64,000 bases of DNA, from the NCBI GenBank assembly GCA_965214605.1, contig OZ243961.1, positions 2,048,001-2,112,000 on the forward strand, in the 5' to 3' direction. Each line of letters starts with the position of its first letter. Position 1 is the first letter of the stretch. The stretch is from an uncultured Candidatus Binatia bacterium. GTDB lineage: Bacteria; Desulfobacterota; Binatia; Bin18. Positions 49,086-59,147 of this stretch are shown one piece after another. A model generated the notes under the pieces. It had not been told where the DNA came from, ran no database searches, and worked only from the letters and a program-made list of their open reading frames with translations. The translations under genes were made by a program, and so were the position numbers.

Positions 49086-52000
49086 GTGTCTAAAGAATCA
49101 GAAAACCCCGCACATCCCGGCATTTTCATCAAGGAGTATGTCATCCCAGCAGGTATGTCGGTGACGGACGCGGCAAAGAGGTTAGGCGTGGGCAGACCCG
49201 CCTTGTCGAACCTGCTGAACGGCAATTCGTCGCTGTCCCCCAAGATGGCCGTCAGATTAGAAAAATCGTTTGGGACCGACCGCCAGAACCTGCTTGATCG
49301 GCAGGCGGCGTTCGACCTCCATCAGCGGCGCGGGAAAGAGAAGACCGTTGCGGCTCATGCCTACGTTCCGGCTTTTCTGACTATCAAGGCCCGGCAGATA
49401 GAAGAGTGGGCGGAGAGGAACCTTGACGCTCGCCATACGCTGGCGGTGCTGCTGCGCAAGCTGGTTCATTCGACTGGCCACGACCTGCGTCAGGTTGATT
49501 TCCCGGGCTACGACAACGCAGAGCGTCAGGGTTGGGATGGCTGGATCAAGGCTGAGGCGGCCACGCCGTGGATTCCCGAAGGCAAATCCGGCTGGGAGTT
49601 TGGTACGAATAAGAATCCGAAAGGCAAGGCCGAGAGTGATTATGCGGCCCGCCTCACTTCCATTTCTCCGTCCGAGCGAGCCGCATGCACTTTCGTCTTT
49701 GTCACCCCACGCAAGTGGCTGGGCAAGACCGACTGGGCCAGAAGCAAAAACGCAGAAGGCGACTGGAAAGCGGTGAGGGCGTTCGACGCGAGCGACCTTG
49801 AGCAGTGGCTGGAAGAGGCGATTCCCGCGCAGATGTGGCTTGCCGAACAACTCACCATGCCAGTCAGTGGATTCGAGACGCTAGATCGGTCCTGGCGACG
49901 CTGGGAAGAGGCGAGCGAGCCGAAGATGACGCCCACAATATTCGAGCCTTCAATCAGTGCGTACCGCAAGCCTTTCAAAGACTGGCTCGAAAAATCGAGC
50001 GAAAAGCCATTCGTGGTCGCAGCCGATTCCACAGATGAGGCGCTCGCGTTTCTCGCATGTCTGTTCCAGGACTTCGCCACGCGTTCGGAAGACCTTGCTA
50101 CAGTGTTCAAGTCGGCTGAGACGTTGCGGAGCCTGGCAGATTCGTCGTCACCGTTCATTCCAATCGTCTACACCGAAGAAGCCGAACGCGAACTGGCAGT
50201 CCTCTATCGCCGTCTGCACTCCATCATCGTTTGTCCCCGCAATGCTGTTGATTCAAAGCCGGATATTGCTCTTGACCTGTTGAATCACGAGACCTTTGAG
50301 AAGGCCCTTGCCGAGATGGGCATCAAAGATGACGAGGCTGAACGACTTGCGAGAGAGTCGGGCCGCTCTCCGACCATTCTGCGGCGGCGACTCTCGAAGA
50401 TCGACGCTATCAGGAAGCCCCAATGGTCCGGGGATGCGCAGGTCGCCAAGAGCCTGATCCCGATGACCTTGATCGGTGCATGGCACGTCCCGTCCAAGGC
50501 TGATTGCGAGGTTATATCCTGCCTTGCGGCGGGCAGGCCCTATCAGGATACTGAAGAGTGCATTGCCCGTTTGCTCCAATTCGACGACTGTCCTATCTGG
50601 TCCGTCGGAGAGTATCGTGGCGTTGCCTCGAAAATCGACGCCCTCTTCGCGATCCACAAGGACGTGACTGGAGACAATCTCAAGGATTTCTTCTTTCTCG
50701 CTGAATATGTGCTTTCCGAGAGCGACCCGGCGCTTGATTTGCCGGAGGACCAGAGATGGGCCGCAGGACTATATGGGAAGGTGCGTGATTACTCGACCGC
50801 GCTACGTGAGGGCATCTGTGAAACCCTCGTCATCCTCTCTGTCCACGGCAACAATCTGTTCCAAGAGCGCCTCGGGATAGACGTCGAGGTCCGGGTCTCC
50901 TCACTCATCCGGGGGCTCCTGACACCGCTCACCCTCGACAAACTGCTCTCGCATGACAGAGACCTGCCACACTACGCAGAAGCAGCGCCGGACGTGTTCC
51001 TGAGATTGCTTGAGGAAGACCTGCGACAACCTCAGCCAGTCGTACTCGGTCTTTTAAAGCCCGTTGAAAGCAGCTTGTTCATGTCACTGCCACGAACAGG
51101 GCTCTTGTGGGGGCTGGAATGCCTTGCCTGGCAACACCTTGGGCGCGTGAGCTTGATACTCGCGAAGTTGTCGGAAACCGGTATCAACGACAACTGGGCC
51201 AACAAGCCGGTCTCGAGCCTTCATGCGACTTATTGGGCGCGGTTACCGCAAACCGCCGCTTCGCTCGAAGAGCGGATGCAGGCCCTTGAGATGCTGACCA
51301 AGCGGTTTCCGGATATCGGCTGGCGGATTTGTATTGATCAGTTCAAGGTTATTCCAGGGGTAGGACATTATAGCTACCGGCCGCGTTGGCGTAGTGACGC
51401 TTCGGGCGCCGGCCGGTCGATGCCGCCGCAGAAAGAACGCTACGACTTCATACGGAACGCGCTTAATCTAGCACTCGCATGGCCAGAGCACGACCAGAAG
51501 ACGCTTGGCGATCTTGTTGAGCGCCTCCCGGTAACCGAGGAAGGCCGACCTTCGGTTTGGGACTTGATCGATACATGGGCAGCTTCGGAAACCGATGAAA
51601 ATGCCAAAGCCAGCCTTCGTGAGCGGATTCGTCACATCTCGTTCACGCGGCGAGGGCGGCGACTGGAGGACACAACAAAAGCCCGGGCGCGCATGGCGTA
51701 CGAAAAGCTGCAACCGCGCGATCTCAGTGTCCGGCACGCTTGGCTCTTCGCCCAGCACCGGATTGAGCCTTCCGCCGACGAGCTTCAGGATGAGAACTTC
51801 GACTACTCCAAACACGAGGAGAGGATAGGCAAGCTTCGCGGCGCGGCGATGAAAGAGATATGGGCAAAACATGGGTTTAAAGGCGTGGCTGCGCTCCTGT
51901 CTCGCAGCGATGCACCTGATACCGCCGGATATGCTCTGGGGATGAGCATGACAGGTGCGAAGGCACAGGCTGATTTTTTGCGGCAATGCCTCTCCTCTGC

Positions 52001-53150
52001 TCGTGATCTTGAGAGGAAAGGTGATGCCTGCATGCAGGGTTTCCTGATGGCGGTGAGCGACGAAGAGCGGGGTGCGGTGCTCTTAACCTGTGCCGAGGAT
52101 CTCGACACTGATCGGCTCGTGCGGTTGCTCCGGAGTGCTCCGTTTAAACAGGATACGTGGCGTTTGCTCGACCGATACGACACAACAATTCAGGATCGCT
52201 ATTGGCGGGAAGTCCTACCACAATGGAACCGCTACAGTGAAGCGGAATTGATCGAGATCATTGATCGCCTGCTTGAAGCACGGCGCCCCCGCGCCGCTTT
52301 CCATGCCGTCCATTTAGACTGGAGCAGGGTCGAGACCTCACGACTGAAACGGCTCCTTCTCGCCGTTGCCACCGTGGATGCCGAGCCGGCGGATTGGTAT
52401 AGACTGGACGCTTACCGCCTTTCGGAGGCGCTGGATTCGCTCACCGGCCGCTCTGGCGTCAGCCCGGACGAGATGGCGCGGCTTGAGTTCCTGTTCCTAA
52501 CAGCCCTTGAGGACAGCGACCATGGTATCCCCAATCTGGAACAGCAGATTGCCGAGTCTCCGACCCTCTTCGTTCAAGCGCTGGCTTTTGCGTTCAAACG
52601 TGAGGACGACGGGCAGGACCCGCCCGAATGGCGGATCGAAACCCCCGAGCGCCGGACCGAACTGACCTTCGCAGCCGATAGCCTTCTTCGTCGGATCAGA
52701 CGTATCCCGGGTACTGGGCAGGACGGCAAGGTCAATGCTGAAGCGCTGCTGAACTGGATAACAGAGGTGCGGCAGCTCTGCGCTGAACACGGCCGTGTCG
52801 AGGTCGGTGATGAGATGATCGGTGAACTGCTGTCCAAGACTCCTGTCGAAGAAGGCGGCGGCTGGCCGTGCCTTCCGGTCTGCGAGGCGATGGAAAAGAT
52901 TGGTTCCCAGCGGATTGGCGAAGGCTTCAACATCGGTGTTTTTAATGGGCGCGGTGTATATTCGCGCGGAAGGGACGAGGGGGGCGTCCAGGAACGCGAG
53001 CTCGCCACACAGTACCGGGGCTGGGCAAAGCTCCGCGCCTTCGACTTTCCCTATGTCAGCAGTGTCCTTGAAAGTATCGCAGCCAGCTATGACCGCGATG
53101 CGAAGAGGGAAGACACAGAAGAGAGAATCAGAAAGAGGCTGGGACATTGA
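49086..53150 (+). CDS. HigA-type HTH fused to a restriction-endonuclease-like domain and a long helical region
   Basis: N-terminal HPG...SVTDAAKRLGVGRPALSNLLNG...MAVRLEK, then GWDG...WEFGT...KAESDY; 1354 aa and intact. Confidence 0.75.
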   Translation: MSKESENPAHPGIFIKEYVIPAGMSVTDAAKRLGVGRPALSNLLNGNSSLSPKMAVRLEKSFGTDRQNLLDRQAAFDLHQRRGKEKTVAAHAYVPAFLTIKARQIEEWAERNLDARHTLAVLLRKLVHSTGHDLRQVDFPGYDNAERQGWDGWIKAEAATPWIPEGKSGWEFGTNKNPKGKAESDYAARLTSISPSERAACTFVFVTPRKWLGKTDWARSKNAEGDWKAVRAFDASDLEQWLEEAIPAQMWLAEQLTMPVSGFETLDRSWRRWEEASEPKMTPTIFEPSISAYRKPFKDWLEKSSEKPFVVAADSTDEALAFLACLFQDFATRSEDLATVFKSAETLRSLADSSSPFIPIVYTEEAERELAVLYRRLHSIIVCPRNAVDSKPDIALDLLNHETFEKALAEMGIKDDEAERLARESGRSPTILRRRLSKIDAIRKPQWSGDAQVAKSLIPMTLIGAWHVPSKADCEVISCLAAGRPYQDTEECIARLLQFDDCPIWSVGEYRGVASKIDALFAIHKDVTGDNLKDFFFLAEYVLSESDPALDLPEDQRWAAGLYGKVRDYSTALREGICETLVILSVHGNNLFQERLGIDVEVRVSSLIRGLLTPLTLDKLLSHDRDLPHYAEAAPDVFLRLLEEDLRQPQPVVLGLLKPVESSLFMSLPRTGLLWGLECLAWQHLGRVSLILAKLSETGINDNWANKPVSSLHATYWARLPQTAASLEERMQALEMLTKRFPDIGWRICIDQFKVIPGVGHYSYRPRWRSDASGAGRSMPPQKERYDFIRNALNLALAWPEHDQKTLGDLVERLPVTEEGRPSVWDLIDTWAASETDENAKASLRERIRHISFTRRGRRLEDTTKARARMAYEKLQPRDLSVRHAWLFAQHRIEPSADELQDENFDYSKHEERIGKLRGAAMKEIWAKHGFKGVAALLSRSDAPDTAGYALGMSMTGAKAQADFLRQCLSSARDLERKGDACMQGFLMAVSDEERGAVLLTCAEDLDTDRLVRLLRSAPFKQDTWRLLDRYDTTIQDRYWREVLPQWNRYSEAELIEIIDRLLEARRPRAAFHAVHLDWSRVETSRLKRLLLAVATVDAEPADWYRLDAYRLSEALDSLTGRSGVSPDEMARLEFLFLTALEDSDHGIPNLEQQIAESPTLFVQALAFAFKREDDGQDPPEWRIETPERRTELTFAADSLLRRIRRIPGTGQDGKVNAEALLNWITEVRQLCAEHGRVEVGDEMIGELLSKTPVEEGGGWPCLPVCEAMEKIGSQRIGEGFNIGVFNGRGVYSRGRDEGGVQERELATQYRGWAKLRAFDFPYVSSVLESIAASYDRDAKREDTEERIRKRLGH

Positions 53151-53488
53151 ACAACACCGAAGGAGAGGCGTGTAAAATGTAATCTCGTTTAGAGTTTGGG
53201 GTAGCTTCTTGTCAGCCCACCGATTCCCGCTGGCCAGCGGCGAGATTGAGCGCGGGATGATATGGGTCGTGGCACACATGGCGTGCGGAAAGGGCGGTCA
53301 GTGAGCCAGCCGCTGTCAGTGGCCGGGAGGAGTACGTCGATGAGTGAAATAGAGAAGGCGGAAGACATGGAACAACACACGGCTGCACGCTTTCCCCAGC
53401 CCTCGGAGAAAACGCAGCGGACGAAACGAGTCGTGCGAAACGGGGCAGAGCAACGCCAGATTGAGACAAGCTGGGGGAAAGGTGAGTC

Positions 53489-54280
53489 ATGCAAGCAAAA
53501 CATCGTAGCATGGAACAGGTAAACATCCCCACAGTTGGGGCTCACGATGATAAGAGTCTCAAACGCTGCAAGACAACGCGAAAAGACGCGGTTAAAATAT
53601 TGCCGGCGACCGATGTTCTGGATACCCTCTCACATGCTCCGAAGACTGTGAAAGCCGTTATCCTTGATCCATGGTATAACAGGGGTGTCGGTGGGCAGAG
53701 AGAAGACTACAACGAATGGCTCACGACAGTTATTCAGGCAGCGTGCCGGGTTGCCGGGCATGTTTTTGTATGGGGATTTCCTGAGATACTGGCCTATCAG
53801 ATTGCCTCTATCCCCACCCATTGCAAGCTTGTGGCGTGGCTGACGTGGTATTATAAGAATTGTCCCTCCGTCATCCGTGGGTGGCGCTCCGCCCAAAACG
53901 CGTGTCTCCATATTGCGACAGATGAGGCACCGACCTATCCCGAGCATTTTTTGAGTCTAGCTCAGTTCCAGAAATGGAAAGAGGGGAAGATGCGTTTCAT
54001 CCCAGGTCCGCCCTCTGTCCTTGAGGCTCCCTTAAACATAGGATTTGTCGGAAAAGACGAGCAAACCGAACATCCAGCGCAGAAACCGCTCTCGGTCATA
54101 GAGCCACTGATTTTGATGTCTACACAAGAGAACGATGTCGTGCTTGATCCTATGTGCGGTTCAGGAACAACAGGAGAAGCTTGTCTCCGATTGAATAGGC
54201 GGGCGGTCTTGTGTGACCATGATCTCAAATGGGTGGCGCTTACACGGAACCGTATAAAAGAGTGCCATCATCCCGCGTAG
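53489..54280 (+). CDS. Orphan beta-class amino-methyltransferase (start uncertain)
   Basis: ILDPWY (motif IV variant), HPAQKP and VLDPMCGSGTT. Confidence 0.8.
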   Translation: MQAKHRSMEQVNIPTVGAHDDKSLKRCKTTRKDAVKILPATDVLDTLSHAPKTVKAVILDPWYNRGVGGQREDYNEWLTTVIQAACRVAGHVFVWGFPEILAYQIASIPTHCKLVAWLTWYYKNCPSVIRGWRSAQNACLHIATDEAPTYPEHFLSLAQFQKWKEGKMRFIPGPPSVLEAPLNIGFVGKDEQTEHPAQKPLSVIEPLILMSTQENDVVLDPMCGSGTTGEACLRLNRRAVLCDHDLKWVALTRNRIKECHHPA

Positions 54281-54318
54281 TGTGGTGGTAATGTCATGGA
54301 AACCCGAAACGCCGTCAT

Positions 54319-54546
54319 CTAGTGAGATTTGCAGGCTTCCTGCCAGTTGCCGACAGAAGGGCGAAGGGTCGGTCCACCATCTGTCTCCTCAACCGACCAC
54401 TCAGTTGGACCGAGCGGCGTCCTGATCTTTGAGCCGCAGCCACAGGCGCACAGGTGTGCTACGGCGCCGAATTGTTCCGAAACGTAGAGTACGCCAGGTT
54501 CCAGGTCCTTCGGCATGTAGTGGACCCGCTGCAATCTAATCTTCAC
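54319..54546 (-). pseudogene. DUF6527-like protein, probably truncated
   Basis: HLCACGCG...PTLRPSVGNW...CKSH then TAG. Confidence 0.65.
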
Positions 54547-55729
54547 TAAGCTCGAAGTCCCCTACAGTCTTAAGGTCGCTCACTTCCAAGAGGAGATGGC
54601 AGTAGGGAACCTCCTCAAAATAGAAGCCGCGGAGCGGCTTGAACCTGATAACTGCCAAGCATGTGTTGAGAGCGTTGAGTTCACTGATTTGGATGTTCGT
54701 CCGATATTCATCGTCCGGGCTGTCCACCAGTGGGGCCAATTTTTTGTCCCGAATTACCTGTCCATGTTCGGCAGAATGATACGTCGTGCGCAACATGCCA
54801 TTGAGTGGACCTCTCTTGCGGTTTAAGTCCATGCCTGCATCAATGAACGGAATACCCTTTGAGATGAGCAAATCAAAGATGCCTGCTCGGGCCACACCTT
54901 TATCAACACAGACAAATGCAAAGGTCACACCGTCCAAATCGTTAAGGCATGAAGCATCGAGAAAAGTGCGACTCGTGGAAAGGCCCGTGCGGAAGTTCTC
55001 ATAGCGGCCGCGATAGACTTGCGCCTTAGGCTGGCCGAGTTCAGTTTTCTCTAGCCGGCCCGGGGAGCGAAAGGCGTTGCGGACGCAGAACAAATCTCGG
55101 TCGAATGCCCGGATTTCACGGACAGGGGTCTTTACAATGAAGTCTAGGACATATGCCCCTGTGCCGCCTAAGCCTGTCACAGCGATCACATCGTCTTTGA
55201 GCTTTGAAGCAAGATCAGTGATCTCTGCCCCACTCGTTAGTGTGTCGTGAAACTTGAAAACTGAATCAGACGGAATGTCCCCCACGAGGCGAAATGTGTA
55301 GGGGCTGACGCCATGCAATTCTGTCGCTGGCCCCGAGATTATCGCGACATAGCTTTCGATTTTATCGAAAAAATCCGAGAACTTTCCAGCGGGCTCTGGT
55401 TTGTTAGCAAATGAGCGCTCTCCGATTACGTCTTTACTAGCCTCACTCAGCGCAATCTGAGCAGGCCCGCCACCCAGATTTGGGATCGGCTTCCGATCCA
55501 ACCCGTGCGGCACAGACCCGGCGAAGAAGACTTGGGGGGCCGTCTGCCTGACGTGCTCCTGGTCTCTGAATTCAACCTTCGCAACGATTGCGCCGAACCG
55601 CAGCTGGTTTTCACTGTCCAGATACGGAATGTCCCGGACAACCAGGTGATTGCTGTCGAAGGCAACTGCGTAACCCCTTTTGACTCAACGCTGGAGGTCG
55701 TCGTTATGATTGACCAGTTTTTGTAACAC
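54536..55729 (-). pseudogene. DUF6791-like/ThiF (E1-like) protein with a premature stop
   Basis: GTG at 55729 gives LVNHNDDLQR*VKRGYAV (TGA at 55685), in frame with GLGGTG...RNAFRSPG...FVCVD...NIQISELNALN. Confidence 0.75.
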
Positions 55730-55757
55730 TGAAGATCATCTCCTCTCTAATCTGTAT

Positions 55758-55976
55758 GGAGACGCCCGCCGCTCGACCCCCGGGATCCCCGGGTACAGAT
55801 GGCCAAGGCGCTCTACCAGGCCCGGACGCATGAGGTGCGGGATATTTGCCAAACCCTCCATATCGCCCGCTCGACGCTCTATCACTATCTGGGGGATACA
55901 GGGTGAGAACGCTGCACGGCGGTTTAGCCTCCATATCGCCCGCTCGACGCTCTATCACTATCTGGCCCTCCCGGAT
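55758..55976 (+). pseudogene. Resolvase C-terminal remnant with a 38-bp direct repeat
   Basis: [36 protein letters not shown] is nearly identical to the end of the 39269 resolvase. Repeat copies at 55855-55892 and 55928-55965. Confidence 0.8.
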
Positions 55977-56247
55977 GCAGAGCCTGCAGGGCCAGGAGGG
56001 AAGCGGAAGGATGGAGGACGGCGGTAGAAAAGTTGCGTCCAGGGATGCTGCCGGGCCGTCGGTATCGGCCGGCTTCATCGTCCGGCTCTGCCCGGCGAGC
56101 ATGTTGGTGCTGGAAACAAAGGACTAGCACAACGGATCAGACCAAACGCCGACTTCTGGGACTTCTGGATGAATAGGTCCAGGCGGTCACTGTTCACCTC
56201 GGCTTTGGTCGCTGGTCCTGGGACGTGTCTGCAGCCCTTTGCGACAT

Positions 56248-57651
56248 CTAAGGTTTGTCATTCTTCATCACGGCAAAGACGAGCCTTGCTGCCGCTGGGA
56301 CGGCCAGCCCATACTTCTCAATTTTGCGATACAAACGCTGCCGATCAATACCTAACAGACGGGCTGCCTCATTCTTATTGCCCTGACTCCTTCCCAACGC
56401 CGCGTCGATAAGGCTCTTTTCCATCTCTTCCAGAGTGGGAAGCCGGGCCTCAGTCTGAAGCATAGTTGGCGCACCACTTCGGCTGGCGATCGGCTCCGGC
56501 AAGTCGCTCAGGCCAATCTCATGCCCCGGACACAGCGCAAACAAACGCTCAATCACATTTTGCAACTCACGGATGTTGCCCGGCCACGCATAGGCTTGCA
56601 GCTTGGCCAGAGCCTCGGGAGCGAGCGCTTTTGGCTCGACCTTGTAAGCCGCGCTAAAAGCCGCAATAAAGTGGTCGATTAAGAGCGGGATATCATCCCT
56701 CCGCTGGCGCAGCGGTGGCAGATGGATCGGAATCACGTTCAGCCGATAGAACAAGTCTTCTCGGAACGCGCCTTTTTCCACCTCTTGGGAAAGATTGCGG
56801 TTACTGGCAGCAATAATCCGCACATCAACGGTGACCGGTTTGTTGGCGCCGAGCGGGGAGACTTCGCGTTCTTGGATAGCGCGCAAAAACTTGACCTGGA
56901 GAGCAAGGGGAATCTCGGTGACCTCATCCAGGAATAAGGTTCCACCGTGGGCGGCCTGGAAAACTCCGTTGTGATCGGCAATCGCTCCGGTAAAAGCGCC
57001 CCGTCGGTGTCCAAAGAGCTGGCTGTCAAGCAAGGTCTCTGACATAGCTCCACAATTCAGGGCCACAAACGGACGGGCAGCCAAAGGCCCCTTTTGGTGA
57101 ATTGTGCGCGCCACCAGCTCCTTACCGGTGCCGCTCTCACCGGTAACAACGACCGTACTTTTGTTGGTACTGACCGCCTGAATGATCGCATAGATCTCCC
57201 GCATTGCCGGACTCTTGCCGATCAGTTCGCCAAACTTCTTATACGCCCAGACCTCACGCCGCAGTTGACGGACCTCTTGCTGTAAGCGTTTGGTTTCGAG
57301 CAGTTTCTCAACCTTGATGAGCAGCGCATCCGGACTGCACGGTTTAGTCAAATAATCCGTCGCCCCGCACTGCATGGCCTCGACGGCACTCTCAATGGTC
57401 CCGTACCCGGTGAGGACGATAACGGCACAGCCCCGCTCCTCGATATTCATACGGTGCAGCAACTGCATACCGCCCATGACCGGCATTTTTAGATCGGTGA
57501 TGACGATGTCAAACGGAGCGGCATCAAGCTGACGGAGCGCCTCTTTGCCATTGCCTGCCGTGCTGACGACATAACCCCGGCGTTGAAGGATCTTGGCCTG
57601 CGTTTTGGCCATATTGACTTCGTCTTCGACCAACAGAACTCGAGCAGGCAT
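56248..57651 (-). CDS. Sigma-54-dependent response regulator (NtrC family)
   Basis: REC domain, GESGTGKE, GAFTGA, LFLDE, WPGNIREL and a Fis HTH. Confidence 0.95.
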   Translation of the reverse strand: MPARVLLVEDEVNMAKTQAKILQRRGYVVSTAGNGKEALRQLDAAPFDIVITDLKMPVMGGMQLLHRMNIEERGCAVIVLTGYGTIESAVEAMQCGATDYLTKPCSPDALLIKVEKLLETKRLQQEVRQLRREVWAYKKFGELIGKSPAMREIYAIIQAVSTNKSTVVVTGESGTGKELVARTIHQKGPLAARPFVALNCGAMSETLLDSQLFGHRRGAFTGAIADHNGVFQAAHGGTLFLDEVTEIPLALQVKFLRAIQEREVSPLGANKPVTVDVRIIAASNRNLSQEVEKGAFREDLFYRLNVIPIHLPPLRQRRDDIPLLIDHFIAAFSAAYKVEPKALAPEALAKLQAYAWPGNIRELQNVIERLFALCPGHEIGLSDLPEPIASRSGAPTMLQTEARLPTLEEMEKSLIDAALGRSQGNKNEAARLLGIDRQRLYRKIEKYGLAVPAAARLVFAVMKNDKP

Positions 57652-57691
57652 GGCGGTCTTTGCCCCTCTGCTCCCCGCCTCTGATAGTATG

Positions 57692-58990
57692 TCACACGGA
57701 CGGGGGCCGATTTTGGTTGGTGGAGTTATTGGAATGGCTTGACGCGGGAGAATCTTCATCACATGGACACGGCAGATCGATCAGAAAGGTGGTGCCCCGA
57801 TCCGGCTCACTCTGGACGGTGATATTCCCCCGATAGCGTTTGATCACCGAATGTACGACAGACAAGCCTAGCCCCGTACCCTGGCCTGGATCCTTGGTGG
57901 TGAAAAACGGGTTGAAGATGTTGCTGAGGTGCTCCTGAGCAATGCCACCGCCGGTGTCACCAAATTCGATCCGCACTTGCAGTGGGTCGTGTCGCTGGGT
58001 GCGGACCCGCAGTTCTCCGCCCTGCGGCATGGCCTGAACGGCGTTGGTAACCAGATTCAAAAACACCTGCCGCAGAGCGTTTTGATTCGCTAAACAGGTC
58101 CCAACCTCACCCCACGAGGTGGAGGCTTTGACGTTATGATTTTCCAGGTATTTATGCATGAGCTGGAGCGTCTTGCGTAACAGCTCATTGAGATTGACCG
58201 GCTCCAGCTCGGTACCGCTGTCGCGCGAAAACTCCAGCAGGTTGGTAATGATTTCCTGGGCACGGGCGATCTCTTCCTTGGCAATCTGGAGGTCTTCAGC
58301 GATTTCGGGATTATCCGTATTGGCAATCTGGCTCAGATCATAGATCGTGTTCAGAATAATGCCCAGCGGATTGCGAATCTCGTGTGCAATGCCGGCCGCC
58401 AGTTGGCCGATCGCTGCCATCTTTTCCGACTGGATAAGCTGGCTCTCCAGCCGTTTATGCGTTTCCTGCTCGTTGCGCAGCGCTTCCTCGTGCGCCTCGA
58501 CAAAAAAATCGGTAATGTGCAAAATCCGCTCGGAGAATTCTTGGTCCAACAGGCCCACCAGCTCGGCCAGGCGTTGGCGGTCCTCGGCATAGGCCACCTG
58601 GAGTCGGTCAACCAGAAACAAGCGAAGCTTCATCTGGCAGGATAAAAACCGTGATGCTGGCGAGTGCGAGATAAACCCGTGACGAGCGTGCTGCTGGAGA
58701 TAGGCGTAGGTCTCGATATCGGACGGGTCTTCAATATGATTGGCCCAGCGCACCAGGGCGTCGTACATACTGCGCGAGATTTCCGGGATCAACGTGCTAG
58801 GCAGATGAAAGGCAGGCACAATGAGCGGCGTCCATTCTGAGATGACCTCTGCGGCCTGGGTGCGGATAAAGCTCGCCAACTCGGTCCGTAGCGGGCTAGG
58901 CTGACGCGGCCAGGGAGTCAGCACACAGCCGCGCATATAGTCTTCAATTCGCTGGAGATGGCCTTCGAGAGGCTGTTCAAAGATTGGCAC
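57692..58990 (-). CDS. Cytoplasmic sensor histidine kinase
   Basis: AHEIRNPL, NLVTNA, DTGGGI, FNPFFTTK and GTGLGL; no TM segment. Confidence 0.92.
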   Translation of the reverse strand: MPIFEQPLEGHLQRIEDYMRGCVLTPWPRQPSPLRTELASFIRTQAAEVISEWTPLIVPAFHLPSTLIPEISRSMYDALVRWANHIEDPSDIETYAYLQQHARHGFISHSPASRFLSCQMKLRLFLVDRLQVAYAEDRQRLAELVGLLDQEFSERILHITDFFVEAHEEALRNEQETHKRLESQLIQSEKMAAIGQLAAGIAHEIRNPLGIILNTIYDLSQIANTDNPEIAEDLQIAKEEIARAQEIITNLLEFSRDSGTELEPVNLNELLRKTLQLMHKYLENHNVKASTSWGEVGTCLANQNALRQVFLNLVTNAVQAMPQGGELRVRTQRHDPLQVRIEFGDTGGGIAQEHLSNIFNPFFTTKDPGQGTGLGLSVVHSVIKRYRGNITVQSEPDRGTTFLIDLPCPCDEDSPASSHSNNSTNQNRPPSV

Positions 58991-59147
58991 GGCGAACTCC
59001 CCTTTTTCCTCTCCCCTAGCGTCTCTAGGTGGGTGAAACAAGCCCCCGGCAGCTCTTCATTTTATGGTCTGTCCTCGCTATGCTAGACAGTCTTGGGTTA
59101 CAGACAAGACATGAACGAGCGTAACCTCGCGTGCGCATAGATGTTTG

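Larger units (their letters stand above)
14700..56150. mobile_element. Mosaic genomic/defence island (boundaries approximate)
   Basis: Recombinase remnants at both ends; defence systems, plasmid genes (ardC, parA) and many pseudogenes between core-like genes. No terminal direct repeat was recognised. Confidence 0.75.

Noticed and set aside
29690-54321. Several in-frame TAG stops (protease, dndB 41307, MTase 41929, HNH 48821, DUF6527 54319) suggesting amber recoding
   Set aside because: The expected residues differ between genes (probably Gln in dndB and Trp in the MTase), some of these genes also carry frameshifts or deletions, and TAG ends normal genes in this window. Ordinary nonsense mutations explain them.
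55685-55687. In-frame TGA in the ThiF gene as selenocysteine
   Set aside because: The position is in an N-terminal helix where Leu is expected; there is no redox motif or obvious SECIS, and the neighbouring genes are decayed.
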